Assembly: GCF_006345805.1 (NCBI RefSeq)
Contig: NC_043004.1
Span: 12,772,001 to 12,836,000 of the forward strand
DNA from: Octopus sinensis
Taxonomy: Eukaryota
Length of the DNA: 64,000 nucleotides
Direction: 5' to 3'
A program made the position numbers and the translations under genes. This document shows, in pieces, positions 14,230 through 27,278 of this stretch. Each line of letters starts with the position of its first letter. Position 1 is the stretch's first letter. The notes below the pieces were generated by a model, which ran no database searches, was not told where the DNA came from, and was given only the letters and a program-made list of their open reading frames with translations.

Positions 14230-15000
14230 TAAAAACAACACGTAAACCAGACATGGAAACGCTTTTGGGGAAGCGGGTCGCATGAAACATAACCCATCAA
14301 CAGGCGGCCATACTACTGAAAAAATCCAAGGTGATTTATCGTTTGGCGTACCATTCAGATGGTCCCGCGCGGAATAGTTTACCCACGACTAATTTTAAGC
14401 ATCGTGATGCAAAAAAAAATTCTGTGCACGCTAAGCAGGCAGCAGACAAAATGCTCCCATTGTTTATGAATTGGAACCACAAAGAATTCTCGTATGAGTT
14501 ATTGTTGAGATACTGACAAAAACAAATAACAGACTCTACCAGTCTATTCCATTTGGCATGTCAAATCGCTTTTCGCGCGCATGTGCAGTGGCTCTCTGCA
14601 ACTTACCTGAGAATATATTAGTGCCAAGGTTCCTAAAATATCTCTCTGAACTTGCTAACAATGTCTGGCGAATTCACGTCAGTAGGTGTTGTGCTCCCAT
14701 AAGGAGATATTCATTTGCAAACAAACGCATTCTTAAATTCTGTATGCTTTGATAATAAAATTATTTCTCAGGAAGAATTTTCCTTTAGCATATTGCTACG
14801 ATATCCAAGTGGCTAAAATCGTCACAAGAAGGGCACCAATGAGTTATGACCTGGATGCGGCCCTGTCCCCTTAAAGTGTGAGGTGCGTTTCTTCTTTAAA
14901 GGCCTTCAACTGTCCCTTGAGAGTTTCTCACCCGCCTCACTTGAACATTCCATCCGCAATTTTCAAATATATTTATTCATTGAATTTTTCGGCGATTCAC
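14230..15000 (-). mobile_element. Highly decayed Tc1/mariner-superfamily transposase remnant
   Basis: Minus-strand GPSEWYAKR*ITLDFF resembles the GPxEWPxRSPDLTPLDFF motif; little other support. Confidence 0.35.
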
Positions 15001-15229
15001 GTTTTTGTTATGTTGTGAAATAGTATTACCATCTTGTTAAATAAATTTACTCTTTCGGCTGTGCTTATATTCTATCTCATTACCTTGGTAAATTTAATTG
15101 TTTATCGGAGAGAAAATATCGACGCCAGGTTACTAACAGGTAACTTCATATAAATTCTGGCTCATACGAATCCTGGTCATCCAATAGTAGTTGATCAATG
15201 ATCAATGATAGAGCTTTTGAAATTCGGGA

Positions 15230-15460
15230 ATGGATGATATTTATAAAATTGTACTGTCCTATATATTCACCTTCAGAACAAACTCCCCTCTGCTGTTATC
15301 ATAGAATTCCTGTATGTTATGTTTGACATTTTTCTGTTTAGCACCGCGTGCCAACTTCCCAAATGCTCAGTGCATCATCGTGGATGATAAAATTATATTT
15401 CGACAAATACTGTACTTTGGTAAATTTCTATGTCTTGTCCAGTCTCAGATTTGCTGCGCA
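15230..15460 (-). mobile_element. Decayed RTE-clade LINE fragment
   Basis: AFGKL(AR)-like motif followed by a KVxxYR-like segment on the minus strand. Confidence 0.35.
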
Positions 15461-17030
15461 TACGCTGAGGTAATTAAAATAAAGTAATGGTATTATAAAT
15501 TATATGATGATTAAATCGATTGCACAAATTCCCATTACATCCGTTGCCTTATACGGAAATATGAAATTAATACATAGTTGCTATTATGCACAGTACTTAG
15601 CTGTCTTTACAAATTGCATCCCCTTGCCACTAGCCATGATAATTATAGATATTAGAACCGAATTAACATGGTAGCGATTCATCTCGATTATTTTTTCCAT
15701 ACTGGAAGTTCACTAAAATTAAGTTAACCTTTCTAAAATATACATTACCAAGTCCCTTGTAGATATAAAGCTTTATATTTATATATAAGTTTTTAATACA
15801 CATCAATTTATTCTACTGATATTATGTTCACAAAATTACTTCCCTTATATTGTTATATTATATAGAAATCGGAAAATCATTTTTGTTTAAGATTTATTCG
15901 TTAAAAACTATTTTAATCAGCCAAAGATTATATTAAGTAAACTTTTCTTTATTTTAAGCTGATAACTTACGTCGCGTACCGATAGTCTTTAAAATATAAT
16001 TAACATTTCATATCATTTACTTCATTGAAAGCCATAACGTAGCTTAATTCAACTATTTTTTCTGAAATCATCCCAATATTATCTGTAATCATTTCTTGTT
16101 AGACTAATTCTTATATCATATATTGATAATTAACATTTAATTATGTTATGAATTCACACATGAAACCTACCACACAGATTGCATTAAACATTTAAATGCT
16201 TGTTTCACTTGTTTCATTTTTGCACAAAAAACGATACTGTGAAATCTACTTATAAATGCAGTAATAACCAGCTAAAATAATTAACTATGATTATAATACT
16301 GTAGTCCTTCGGCTGTCCACTCACATGATGTTAGGTTTGGCGGCTTAAAAAATACGTAATTGTTTTACTGCAATCAAGATTTGAAATATGTTCTTTTACA
16401 CTTGTATAATTATAATTAGATTATACACACACACACACACACACACACACCACACACACACACACACACACACGCGCGAGCGCACACACGCACACAGATA
16501 TATATATATATAATATATATATATATGAATATATATAAGCGCACATTTCTATATGTATGTATGTGCATTTGTCGCATAAGCTATTATGTTTCACAAATAA
16601 TTTGATATCCTCCTTCTCATATCAGCTATAAAATATTTCAGTAAAGAAGAGTCTCATATCTCTCAAAAATATGTCTATGTCAGTTATTAAACACACACCA
16701 ATGCAAACAAGTGATGTTAAATAATGAATGATGTTACATTGAAAAATTTTCAAATAAAAAGGGGAGACAAAACAAGATACGTTTGGATATTATTTCGAAA
16801 TCTATAGAGCGAATATAACTAATGAAGAAACAACACCTCTTTTATTATGGCAGTGATGAATTTGTTTACTGTTAGAGCGTATTTTCAGTCAAGCATAATA
16901 CGTAAAGTGTTTGAAATCATAAAAGCACAGAAATTTAAAAAATTACTGATGTATATACCCACAAATTTGTCAATATAGATATAGAGATCTACCTGCCTTT
17001 GCACGCATATATATATATATTATATATATA

Positions 17031-17061
<31 letters not shown>

Positions 17062-17199
17062 ATTAAGAGACAGAAAATCCATCAAAGTAAATAAATTAAT
17101 AGTGAAAGATATTATCTAAAATAAAATATAAATTTTATATATATTATTAATATAGTACTAAAAATTACTATGATAAATAAAGGAATATATATATTCCTT

Positions 17200-17600
17200 T
17201 ATTCTTTCATTTGTTTCAGACAACTTGACAGCGGCCATGCTGGAGCACTACCTTTGGTGGAACAAATCGACCCCAGCACTTATTCTTTGTAAGCCTAGTA
17301 CTTAATCTAGTACCGAACCGCTAAGTTACAGGGACGTAAACACACCGACATCGGTTGTCAAGTGATGGTGGTGGGGGACAAACACAGGCACACACACACA
17401 TATATATATATATAGATACATACATATATATATATATACACGACAAGATTCTTTCAATCTCCGTCTACCAATTCCACTGACAAGGGTTTGATCGGCCCCA
17501 GGGTATAGTAGAAGACAATTGTCCAAGGTGCCACGCAGTGGACTGAACCCGGAACCATATGGTTGGTAAGCAAGCTACTTAACACACAGTCACTCATGAG
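17200..17600 (-). mobile_element. SINE family A, near full-length, with internal (TA)/(TG) microsatellite
   Basis: Reverse complement of the head (GGTTCCGGGTTCAGTCCACTGCGTGGCACCTTGG) and of the 3' part (AACTTAGCGGTTCGG..GCTCCAGCATGGCCGC). Confidence 0.85.
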
Positions 17601-17610
17601 CACGCGCGTG

Positions 17611-17672
<62 letters not shown>

Positions 17673-18093
17673 GTATGTATGTATATATATATACGGACAC
17701 ACTCACATATATGTGTGTGTATGTAGATGTATATATGAGTGCGTATAAACGTTTGTATGTCTCTTTGTGTCTCTATCTTTGAACGATAATACATATGATT
17801 GTTTATACGTATTACGTATGGAATGAGAGGTGTGCATAATAACCCACTCTTACTCTGTTTCTTCTATACGGATGTGTATATATATACATATATGTATATA
17901 TGCACACACATATCTATATATATACATGTGCATGTAGGCTTGTGTTTACATACATGAATACATACATATACGCTTGCAAACGTATATAGATGAATATTTA
18001 TATGTATGCATATATATATATGTATATGTACATGTATATACATATATATATATATGTATATATGCATTTATATATATATATATACATATATGA

Positions 18094-18150
<57 letters not shown>

Positions 18151-18439
18151 ACGTATGTATTATTTACTAGTATTCTTGATTTTCGTTTTGCGTTTCACGT
18201 TTTTTCTTCCCCAGATTCTTTCGTTTAACTCTTTCTGTGAATCTTTGTCTATCTTTTTTTTCTTTTCTCTCTCACTCGCTTTCTTTCCTATTCACTCATT
18301 CTTTCGTGATCACCCACCCACACATCTATATCTACATGCCAACATAAACTACAGAAAGAAACCAAAAGTAAGCTCCATAAAATAGGAAAAGAATTATTTA
18401 ATTTCGTAATTTACTTTGCTCTCCTCTGTTTTGCTTTAC

Positions 18440-18641
18440 ACATTGTTGTTATTACCAAAATTATTAGTATCATTATTATTATTGTTATTATTACAATGCT
18501 TCTTCTTCTTCATCTTCTTGATGCTATTATTATTATTATCATTATGATTATTATTATTATTGTTTACTATTATTATTATTATTTCTTTTATTATTTTGAT
18601 TATTATCATCATTATTGTTACTATTATTATTATTACTATTA

Positions 18642-18697
<56 letters not shown>

Positions 18698-18717
18698 CAT
18701 CATTATTATTACTATTA

Positions 18718-18754
<37 letters not shown>

Positions 18755-18820
18755 GTTTACTATTATTATCATGATGATTATCATTATGTTTACTATTATT
18801 ATTATTATTATTATTGTAAC

Positions 18821-18868
<48 letters not shown>

Positions 18869-19083
18869 CCTTATTATGATGATTATCATTATGTTTACTA
18901 TTATTATTAGTATTATTATTATTACTATTATTATTATTATTATTATTATCATTATTATTATTATTATCATTATGTTTACAATTACTATTATTATTATTAT
19001 TATTATTATTACTATTATTATTATTATTATTATTACTATTATTATGATGATTATCATTATGTTTACTATTATTATTATTACTA

Positions 19084-19114
<31 letters not shown>

Positions 19115-19200
19115 TATTATTATTATGATGATGATTATCATTATGTTTACTATTATTATTATTATTATCAACGTTCTTGCTGTGATGAACATTATTATCG
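18440..19200. repeat. (ATT)n array with a higher-order ATGATGATTATCATTATGTTTAC unit
   Basis: Directly visible; ATGTTTAC recurs about seven times at irregular spacing. Confidence 0.95.
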
Positions 19201-19655
19201 GTGTAACTATCGTTAGTTGATCGTTCTAGTGTTATTGCTGATGCTGATCGTGTGTATTTGAAATCAAGTTAGTGCGAGTGTGGATGAGAGAGACAAAAAA
19301 ACACAGAAGGAGATAGAGGGAGGGAGAGGGGGAGAGAGAAAAGAGAAAGAAAGTGAGACAGAGGTGTGCTTTTTTTTTGCATGTCTATGCCTTAGTGTCA
19401 ATGTGTCCGTCCGTATGTGTGGGTGTGTTGTGCGTCTATTGTTGTTGCTATGCATTCGATATTAGTAGAAATCTATTTTTATTGATAGGAAGAAAAAATA
19501 TCAGAAGAAAATCAAACAAGAAGGAAATATTCTTACTGTTTCGTCTGCGAGTAAATATGACTTTCTTTGTCCTGATTCTATTATGGTTTTCTATAATTGT
19601 TAAATACACCCTTTCTGCTTCGAACAGTAATTTTTTTTTCATTTTTTCTCATTTA

Positions 19656-19689
<34 letters not shown>

Positions 19690-20072
19690 TATTTTTTTAT
19701 CTTGTCTCTGCCTTCTTGATTTATTCAGCGGATATAAATGATTTTGAAGAACAAGCAACATAATAATAATAATAATAATAATAATGATAATGCCAACGAA
19801 AGGAAGACGAAGAAGGCGAAGAAGTAGAGAGAAAGAACAGAAGAAACTACAACTGCGGTGGGAAAGGAGATTGATGTAAAGAAAAAAAGCAACAAAAAAA
19901 AATAAAACATACACACACATATACACATACACGAATAGAAGACAAAATAACAAAATATAAATGACAAAAAATCTCCAAAGAAACCAAAAAAACAAGCCAT
20001 TATAAATTTAAATATTCAATGAAAGCGATCGAAGAAAATATCAGAAAATAAACTTTTCATTTACCCATCGCA

Positions 20073-20148
<76 letters not shown>

Positions 20149-20408
20149 GCTGTTGTTGTTGTTATTATCCTTATCGTCGTCGTCGTCGTCGTAGTTGTTG
20201 TTGTTATTATCATTATTGTCGTTGCTGTTGTTCTTGTTTTTGTTGTTCGTGTTGTTGTTCTTACTTCTTATGTTGTTTTAAAATCAAAACGATGGGAGAT
20301 TTATGACTATGAATAATAGGTTTGGTCACAAAAATTGCCAAACATTCGGGCTGCTTCTGCTTCATTCACTTTTGCTACGTTTGATTTATAAACACGAGCC
20401 TACATACA

Positions 20409-20494
<86 letters not shown>

Positions 20495-20576
20495 AACATA
20501 CACAACACGTATATACGTATGTGTGTCTGTATTTGTGCACATTGCCTGTGTGTGTTTGACTTTATGCATGTCTTTC

Positions 20577-20625
<49 letters not shown>

Positions 20626-20636
20626 TTGTATATATA

Positions 20637-20680
<44 letters not shown>

Positions 20681-20781
20681 ATGTACAGAGTATGCATATG
20701 CACACATATGTATGTGTGTGTACGTATGTATGTATACCTATATAGAAATATATATGTTTATATATATATATATGTATATGT

Positions 20782-20852
<71 letters not shown>

Positions 20853-21629
20853 GTGTGTATGAATACGTATGCATGTATACATGCGTATACATATGTGTGT
20901 TTGTGTGTATCTGTGTGCGTAGAGATAGACATGAATGCAGAAGAACAACCATATTGGCAGCGATAGCGAAGGTGTGAAAGTAGAAGAAAAACAGATCTGA
21001 CAATATTATTTGTATTTTTTTTTTTTACATTTTATTTATCATTTGTCTATTTAAATCTTCTTTTCAATTGAATGTTATCTTTCTTTTGTTTTATTTATTT
21101 ATGTATTGATGTATTTATTTATTGTTAGAAATAAAATGGTGAAATAAGTTTTATAATCATTTCGAGCCATCAAAGTTTCACAACGTAACATCCATTCTAT
21201 ATGACTAAAAATACATTATGTTGAGCTCATTAGATGCACACGTATACATATACTAAACAACAAAAACATCTAAATATGTAAATAAATACGATAAAATAAA
21301 GTAAATAATTGAAATGCCGAATGTATCTTAGCAACAAACCTCTCGACATTAGTCGTTTAAAATTAGCATATCTGTTTTGAAAAGAAAAAGAAAATAATTT
21401 TTTATTATTTTTTTTCGTAAGAATATTCCCTTCTAATAAAAATTCTTTATATGATTGCCTAGCTTCGCTATTCATTATACCCTTTACAGATTTTAGATTG
21501 AAATTGCTGTTACCCATCTAATATGAGAGGCTATTAGATTGGTAGCAACAATATCAAACCATTTTTAGAATGTGTAGAACTTTGCTCATGCAAATAAGGA
21601 AGTGATATGAATTTAAGAAATAATAATAA

Positions 21630-22071
21630 TGTTTTCTAATTTAGGCCAGCAATTTGGGAGAGGAGAAGATGAGTCGATACTATCGTCTCCAGTACTTGAG
21701 TGATACTTTCATGTCATCGACCCCAGAAACATAAAATGCAATCTTGAGCCCGGCGGAATTTGAACACAAAACATAAAGAATCGGAAAAAACCCCATCAAA
21801 AGCAATTTGTCCGCCACTCAAACAATTCTGTCAGTTGACTGCATTAAAATAATGTTTTCAAATTTTGGTACAAATCCAGCAATCCCGGGTGGGGGGAAGG
21901 GATTAAGTCGATTACATCTTCCCTAATGCGTAACTCTTGTTTATTGAATGGAACCCCGAAGGGTGAAAGGCAAATCGACCCTCGGCAGAATTTGAACCTA
22001 GAACGCAGCAACGGGCGAAATACAGCTAAGCACTTCGCCCAGCGTGCTAACGATTCTGCCAGCTCGCTGCC

Positions 22072-22075
<4 letters not shown>
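21630..22075 (-). mobile_element. Two tandem SINE family B copies
   Basis: Reverse-complement B motifs (GGCGGAATTTGAAC, GCTAACGATTCTGCCAGCTCGC). Confidence 0.75.
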
Positions 22076-22128
<53 letters not shown>

Positions 22129-22636
22129 GCGGTGATGATGATGATGATGATGAAGTGAACGTGGAGGAGGAGGAGGAGGAGGAGGAAGAGGAGTAATTCT
22201 ATATTTGAATCTACATGAGAGTCAGTGAGCACAGAATTTTGTGTCTATTATGATTTCAAATATTAACAACTTTCCTAAAAAATTTAATGCTAACATCGGT
22301 CATCTAGTCTTTGCTTTTTCAAGTGGATCAATATGATACATAATTTGTTTAGATGTTGCAAAATATGTATTTATAAATCTCAGCTGATAAGAATGTTTCT
22401 TGTTATTTAGCGTTCAACGAGTCCTCATTAAACTTGCCTCTGATGAAAAGCATATCAATTCATAAGTGATCTGTCTTTACATTCATAGTGTTTAACTCAG
22501 AGTAAGTTATGCTCCATATTTAAAGACCGTATTACATTTTGTGATCGCTTTTTCGTTATTGCAATTTAGACCCAAGTCAGCTCTGACTCATTAAACGTAA
22601 GAATAAAACCATTCCAACCGTGACATTCTAACGTCA

Positions 22637-23152
22637 GCACGTGGCTTAGTGATTAGGGTATTCGGTTCACGGTCGTAACGTCGTTATTTCGAGTCCTGGC
22701 GGTGAGCTGTGTCTTTGAGCAAGATGCTGTATACATTATTTACATTAATTATATTGGACGGATATGTATCCTAATCTTGTTTGTTGTTACCACAACGTTT
22801 CGGTTGATTTACTCTCCAGCCTTCTGCAGGTGTCCTGGTGAAGGTTGGAGAGTAAATCAGCCGAAATGTTATGGTAACAACAAAAAAGATATGGACACTT
22901 ATCCGTCCAATGTAAATTAAGTACAGAATTCCTCATCTCTAAAATGCAGAACAGCAAGATGCTGTATTTCTGTTGCTCTAGTTCACTCGGCTAGCCACAT
23001 CCTGGTACATTCTGCGTCATGTTAGATCTTCTTGAGAACTACATTACGGGTACACATGCACGCTAATTTCACGAGCAGGGTGTTCCGGTCATCGGATGAA
23101 CTGGAAACCTCGTCGTCATAACCGACGGAGTATCAGAGTGCCACTATCTCAC
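22637..23152 (+). mobile_element. tRNA-derived SINE (family C) interrupted by a fold-back insertion
   Basis: A-box GTGGCTTAGTGATTAG, B-box-like TTCGAGTCC, then TTGAGCAAG; the body resumes after 22967. Confidence 0.65.
22733..22952. mobile_element. Fold-back (inverted pLTR-like) insertion with degenerate HHRs and a 15-bp TSD
   Basis: Arms ~22741-22824 / 22841-22923; TSD AGCAAGATGCTGTAT at 22718-22732 and 22953-22967. Confidence 0.8.
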
Positions 23153-23965
23153 GTATCTCCTCATGGATTTGCAAAAAAGTTTGATTAGATGGCAACTTAC
23201 CTGATAATTTTAGTTGGCCAAATGAACAGGCAGAATTTCCTTGCTCGGCTCGCGGTACACACATCTTGGAGCAAGGTACAGCTACATAAGAAGACGAAGG
23301 AAGTCTTCTCTGTTGAGAGAATCCATAATAGAAGCATATAATAACAATCGTATTCGCAGCTGTTGTCAGCTGAAGGAAAGCCCTGCAGTGATTGCCAGTG
23401 GGGTTTGTGAGTTGTAGGATAGCATGTGAGCTCTGGACGGTTAAGGTAAACAGTGTTTCGCAAAACATTTTACTAAATAAATACGATCTGTTTAAATTAT
23501 GATAATATGGCATACAAATAGATTCAGTAGACTACATATATACAAAGAGCAACTCGCATGTATATACCTATAAATACATAAGTGTGTGTGTGTGTATGTG
23601 TGATGCATTAGGAAAGCGAGAGATAAAGGGAGAAAACGTTGCACAGTTAAGAAGATTTGTTCGTTAACACTTTTTTCTTGTTCGGTTCTATTAAGAATAT
23701 GCGTATAGCATTAGTTAACAGATCTCTTCTAAGCGAAATTTGGTAGACGAAGATCACATGGAAACTGAAGTCATATGTATTAACGTACATACATACATAC
23801 ATACATACATACACTAATAATGATATCTGGGACTATGATAATCTGCAAGACCCCCTTAAGACTAGAAGGATCATAGTTAAAACAAGATGCATAGCTTCAC
23901 AACTTTGTTACCAAGTAGGTGGCCGGTGAAAATTTACTCTATAAAAACAGAGAAAAGGAAAACGT

Positions 23966-24020
<55 letters not shown>

Positions 24021-24079
24021 CACATACATATATATGCATATATATATAAGTGTATATACATATGTATGTATATATGTAT

Positions 24080-24391
24080 AAAGAATAAAAAGTTTTGAAT
24101 GGTACAACAATGCGCTATGATATAGACAATGGGCGCTATATCTGTTGTAATTAATCATCCATAGTCAGCTATGATATTTCGGAATAATATTCCTTCTTCA
24201 GATAGTGGTTGCGAACTCGATCTGGCCCAGGCGTAGAGATAGGAGAGTATTGTAGTTCGCTTGAAGCATTGTGTATTGTTTGTAAAGAATAAAACGTTTT
24301 GAATGGTACAACAATGCACTATAATATAGACAGTGAGCGATATACCTGTTGTAATTTCGTCATCCATAGCCTGAGATGATATTTCGGAATA
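24080..24391 (-). repeat. Head-to-tail ~205-bp repeat (1.5 units) containing an HHR; retrozyme-like or tandem pLTR
   Basis: 24080-24186 is repeated at 24284-24391; flanked by TA-rich microsatellite. Confidence 0.75.
24169..24205 (-). ncRNA. Minimal type I hammerhead ribozyme
   Basis: CTAT-CTGAAGA-A GGAAT ATT ATTCC-GAAA-TA-TC-ATAG: intact core, 4-bp stem I, 5-bp stem II, palindromic ATAT stem III, AUC site. Confidence 0.75.
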
Positions 24392-24962
24392 TATATGTAT
24401 GTTCTATTCTTCATATAATTATTTAAAAGCTGGTTTCTAACAAAGATACAAAGCTCCAATATTGGAATGTAGATAGGACAAAAATATCATGTAGTAGGTA
24501 AAATGACATCATGACTTGCTGCAAATCACTTGTTAATCTCACCATCTCTTTTAACCCGCCACACCTACTCATGGCTTAAATGTTAACACTACATCAGATA
24601 TATATTGAGAAATCTTGTAGAAAATTTAAAGATAATGAAAAGAATTCGCAGCGAAAATTTATCATAAAATACTTTACTTTCTTCTTTTACAGCTGTCATC
24701 CTACTGTAGCCAAACTAGACAATTGCTTCCAAAATTTAAGCTAATCATAACAATAATAGTCTCTGTTTTTATCATGTATTTCATTTTATTAACAGCTTTT
24801 TGTGCAGCAGATGAACTAAGGGGCATAAATGGAGACAGCAGAAACGTCTTCTAGATATAAACACAATCATGCGTACGCATATCCATCCATCCATCCGTCC
24901 AATCATCTATGTATGTATATATGTGCGTGCGTATGTGTGTGTGTGTGTGTATGTATGTATGC

Positions 24963-25000
<38 letters not shown>

Positions 25001-25002
<2 letters not shown>

Positions 25003-27278
25003 AAAAAAAGTCAAGATAGAAAATGCTAAAATAATTTTATAAAAAACATTTCAGTGCCGGTTTCAGTCATTGAGACTTTTTCAACTGTAACAATTAAACA
25101 ATTAAATTTAGAAAAATTTTAAAAAAAGTTTTTTTTAAAAGAATATTTGTATAGTGTTCAAATACAAGGGGCATTTTCTTTGTTTCTGCATGTCTCTGTC
25201 TCTCTTGTTTACTCTTGTGAATTTTTGGTAGGGAAGAAGAAGAAGAAGAAGAAGAAGAAGAGAAGAAGAAGAAGAGAAGAAGAAGAAGAAGAAGAAGAAG
25301 AAGAAGAAGAAGAAGAAGAAGAAGAAAAAGAAGAAAGAGAAGGGAGAATAAGAAGGAATGTAGATAGTGTGAAATTAGTAAGGTGTTAAATGTTTAAATG
25401 ACTTAAAATTGGCACGTTATGGATTCTAGCAGTGATTGGGATTGTTTTTTAATGAATTCTTGGGAATCTCTTGTGTGTATCATTTTTAATATTTGCATGT
25501 GTATTTGTGTTATTCTAAGTCCGAGGTGGATATGTCGTTTGTCGTAGACCCGTTCAGAAGGGGCCTGTATTTTGTAATAAAGAGAGTCTCTTTACTAATT
25601 CGTTGGCTCCAGGTTGTATCGTCCCTGAATTGGTTGAGGGGAAAAATACTGAAGCTTGGATTTTTGTTGTTGGCGCAAATGTCTATGTGTTGGCTGAATG
25701 CTATTTTTCTGTTTTGGGGAATATTTATCTGGGATCTGTGCAGGGCCATTCTTTTACGTAGACTATTTTTTGTTTGGCCTATGTATTGCTCTTGACACCC
25801 AGAGCAGGTTAGTGTGTATATCAATTTCTCCGAAGCACATGTGAAGTTGTCCCTGTTTGAAAGAGAACTCTTATTCCTCAATTAGATAATCGCATATCCC
25901 ACAATTGTTTTTTACTGACGGCTTCTGTGTTGTTGAGCGTATTCGGGCTTGTGTTAGGAGACTTTTCATAGATTTGGGCTGTCACTTGCTTTTTATGATG
26001 GTGTGTGTTTGGAGGATTAAGTTCATTCTGTGGTCCTTTTTTAGCAGGGGTATGTTTTGGAGGATGGTGTCGAAGGCTTCATCGCTGAGAGGATTGTGTG
26101 TGGAGATGTATGGTAGGACTTTTGGTTGTAAATTTTTCTTTAATTTGGGATGTCTGAGTTCCTGGATGTTGAGTTGAAGGGCACGTTGTAAGCATATGGC
26201 AATTACTGAAAGTGGGTAGTTCCTAGTGATGAGTGTATCTTTTAGTTCATGTAGTCGTGTGTCTCTTGTGTTTGCATTAGAAACTATAGTAAATATCCTT
26301 TTTGCTAGGTTGAAGGGGATATTTATTCTATTGTGTCTGGGGTGACATGAATTGAATGGCAGATATTGCTTAGAATCCTTAGGTTTATAGTGTATATCTG
26401 TTTCTATTACGTTATTAGAATTCTTAATGAGGACGTCGAGGAATGGGAGTTGTTGCTGGCTATATTCCATCGTGAATTAAATGTTTACGTCAAGTCCATT
26501 TAAAAGTGATTGGGGTTCTTTAAGTTTCTCTATATTTTCATGCCAAAGAACGAAACAGCCATCTAGGTATCTCTTACAGTAATTTTCTATGTAGATGGAG
26601 AAAGAGCTGCCGTATCTTTCTAGGACCTTACGATAAAGACTAAATTCTAGATATCCCATGACTAGGTTAGGAAAGGAGGGGGCCATTCGCGTACCCATCG
26701 CAGTCCCCGATTTTTGTCGGTAGAAGTTGTCTTTGAAGGCGAAATAGTTATTTTCCAGGATGAATTTTAGCCCTTCTATCACGAATTCATTTTTGACGCG
26801 ATGTGGGAATTCGTTCGCATAATTCTCTAGCCAGAATTGAATTGCCTCTATTCCGAGGTTGTGGGGGATATTGGAATAGAGGTTGACTACATGGAAGGAT
26901 ACTAGTAGGGTGTTTTTGTTTATTGTTTTAGGAAGGTGATTGAACATATCCAGGTCGTCCTTTATATAGCTTTTGACATGCTTGAGGAATGGTTTTAAGA
27001 GGCTATCTAAAAAGTTACTGAGGCGGTGGGTTTCGCATGCGGGACCTGCTATTATAGGTCTCAATTTGAGGTCATTAGGAGAAGGGACTTTAATTATTTT
27101 GTCTGTGGCTATCTTGCATGCGTTACTTATTTTTTCACTTTTGTGTATCTTGGGAATACCGTAGAATTGGCTGGTTTTACTTTTGAAATTGGTAATATAG
27201 TCATATTCTTTGTCGGTGAGCCCTTCTTTGTATAGGTTTAACATGGATTTTAGTTCTCTCATTATTTTTTGCTGACTG
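25001..27278 (-). mobile_element. Penelope-like retroelement (Naiad-like), copy 1, 5'-truncated
   Basis: FYGIPKIHK, RPIIAGPACETHRLS, GTAMGT, KRYLDG, FLDV, SCHPRH and LIYTLTCSGCQEQYIGQT in ORFs 26477-27262, 25982-26470 and 25510-25881; (TA)n flanks. Clade is inference. Confidence 0.92.
25052..25087 (-). ncRNA. Variant hammerhead (U3-A8 core), U16.1 mutated in this copy
   Basis: CAG-TTGAAAA-AGTC TCAAT GACT-GAAA-CCGG-CA-CTG; the homologue at 37780-37816 has CCGG-TA. Confidence 0.6.

Noticed and set aside
25982-25984. In-frame TGA in the Naiad-like PLE as a possible selenocysteine codon
   Set aside because: It aligns to Arg (IKSKRQ) in copy 2, not Cys; most simply a nonsense mutation
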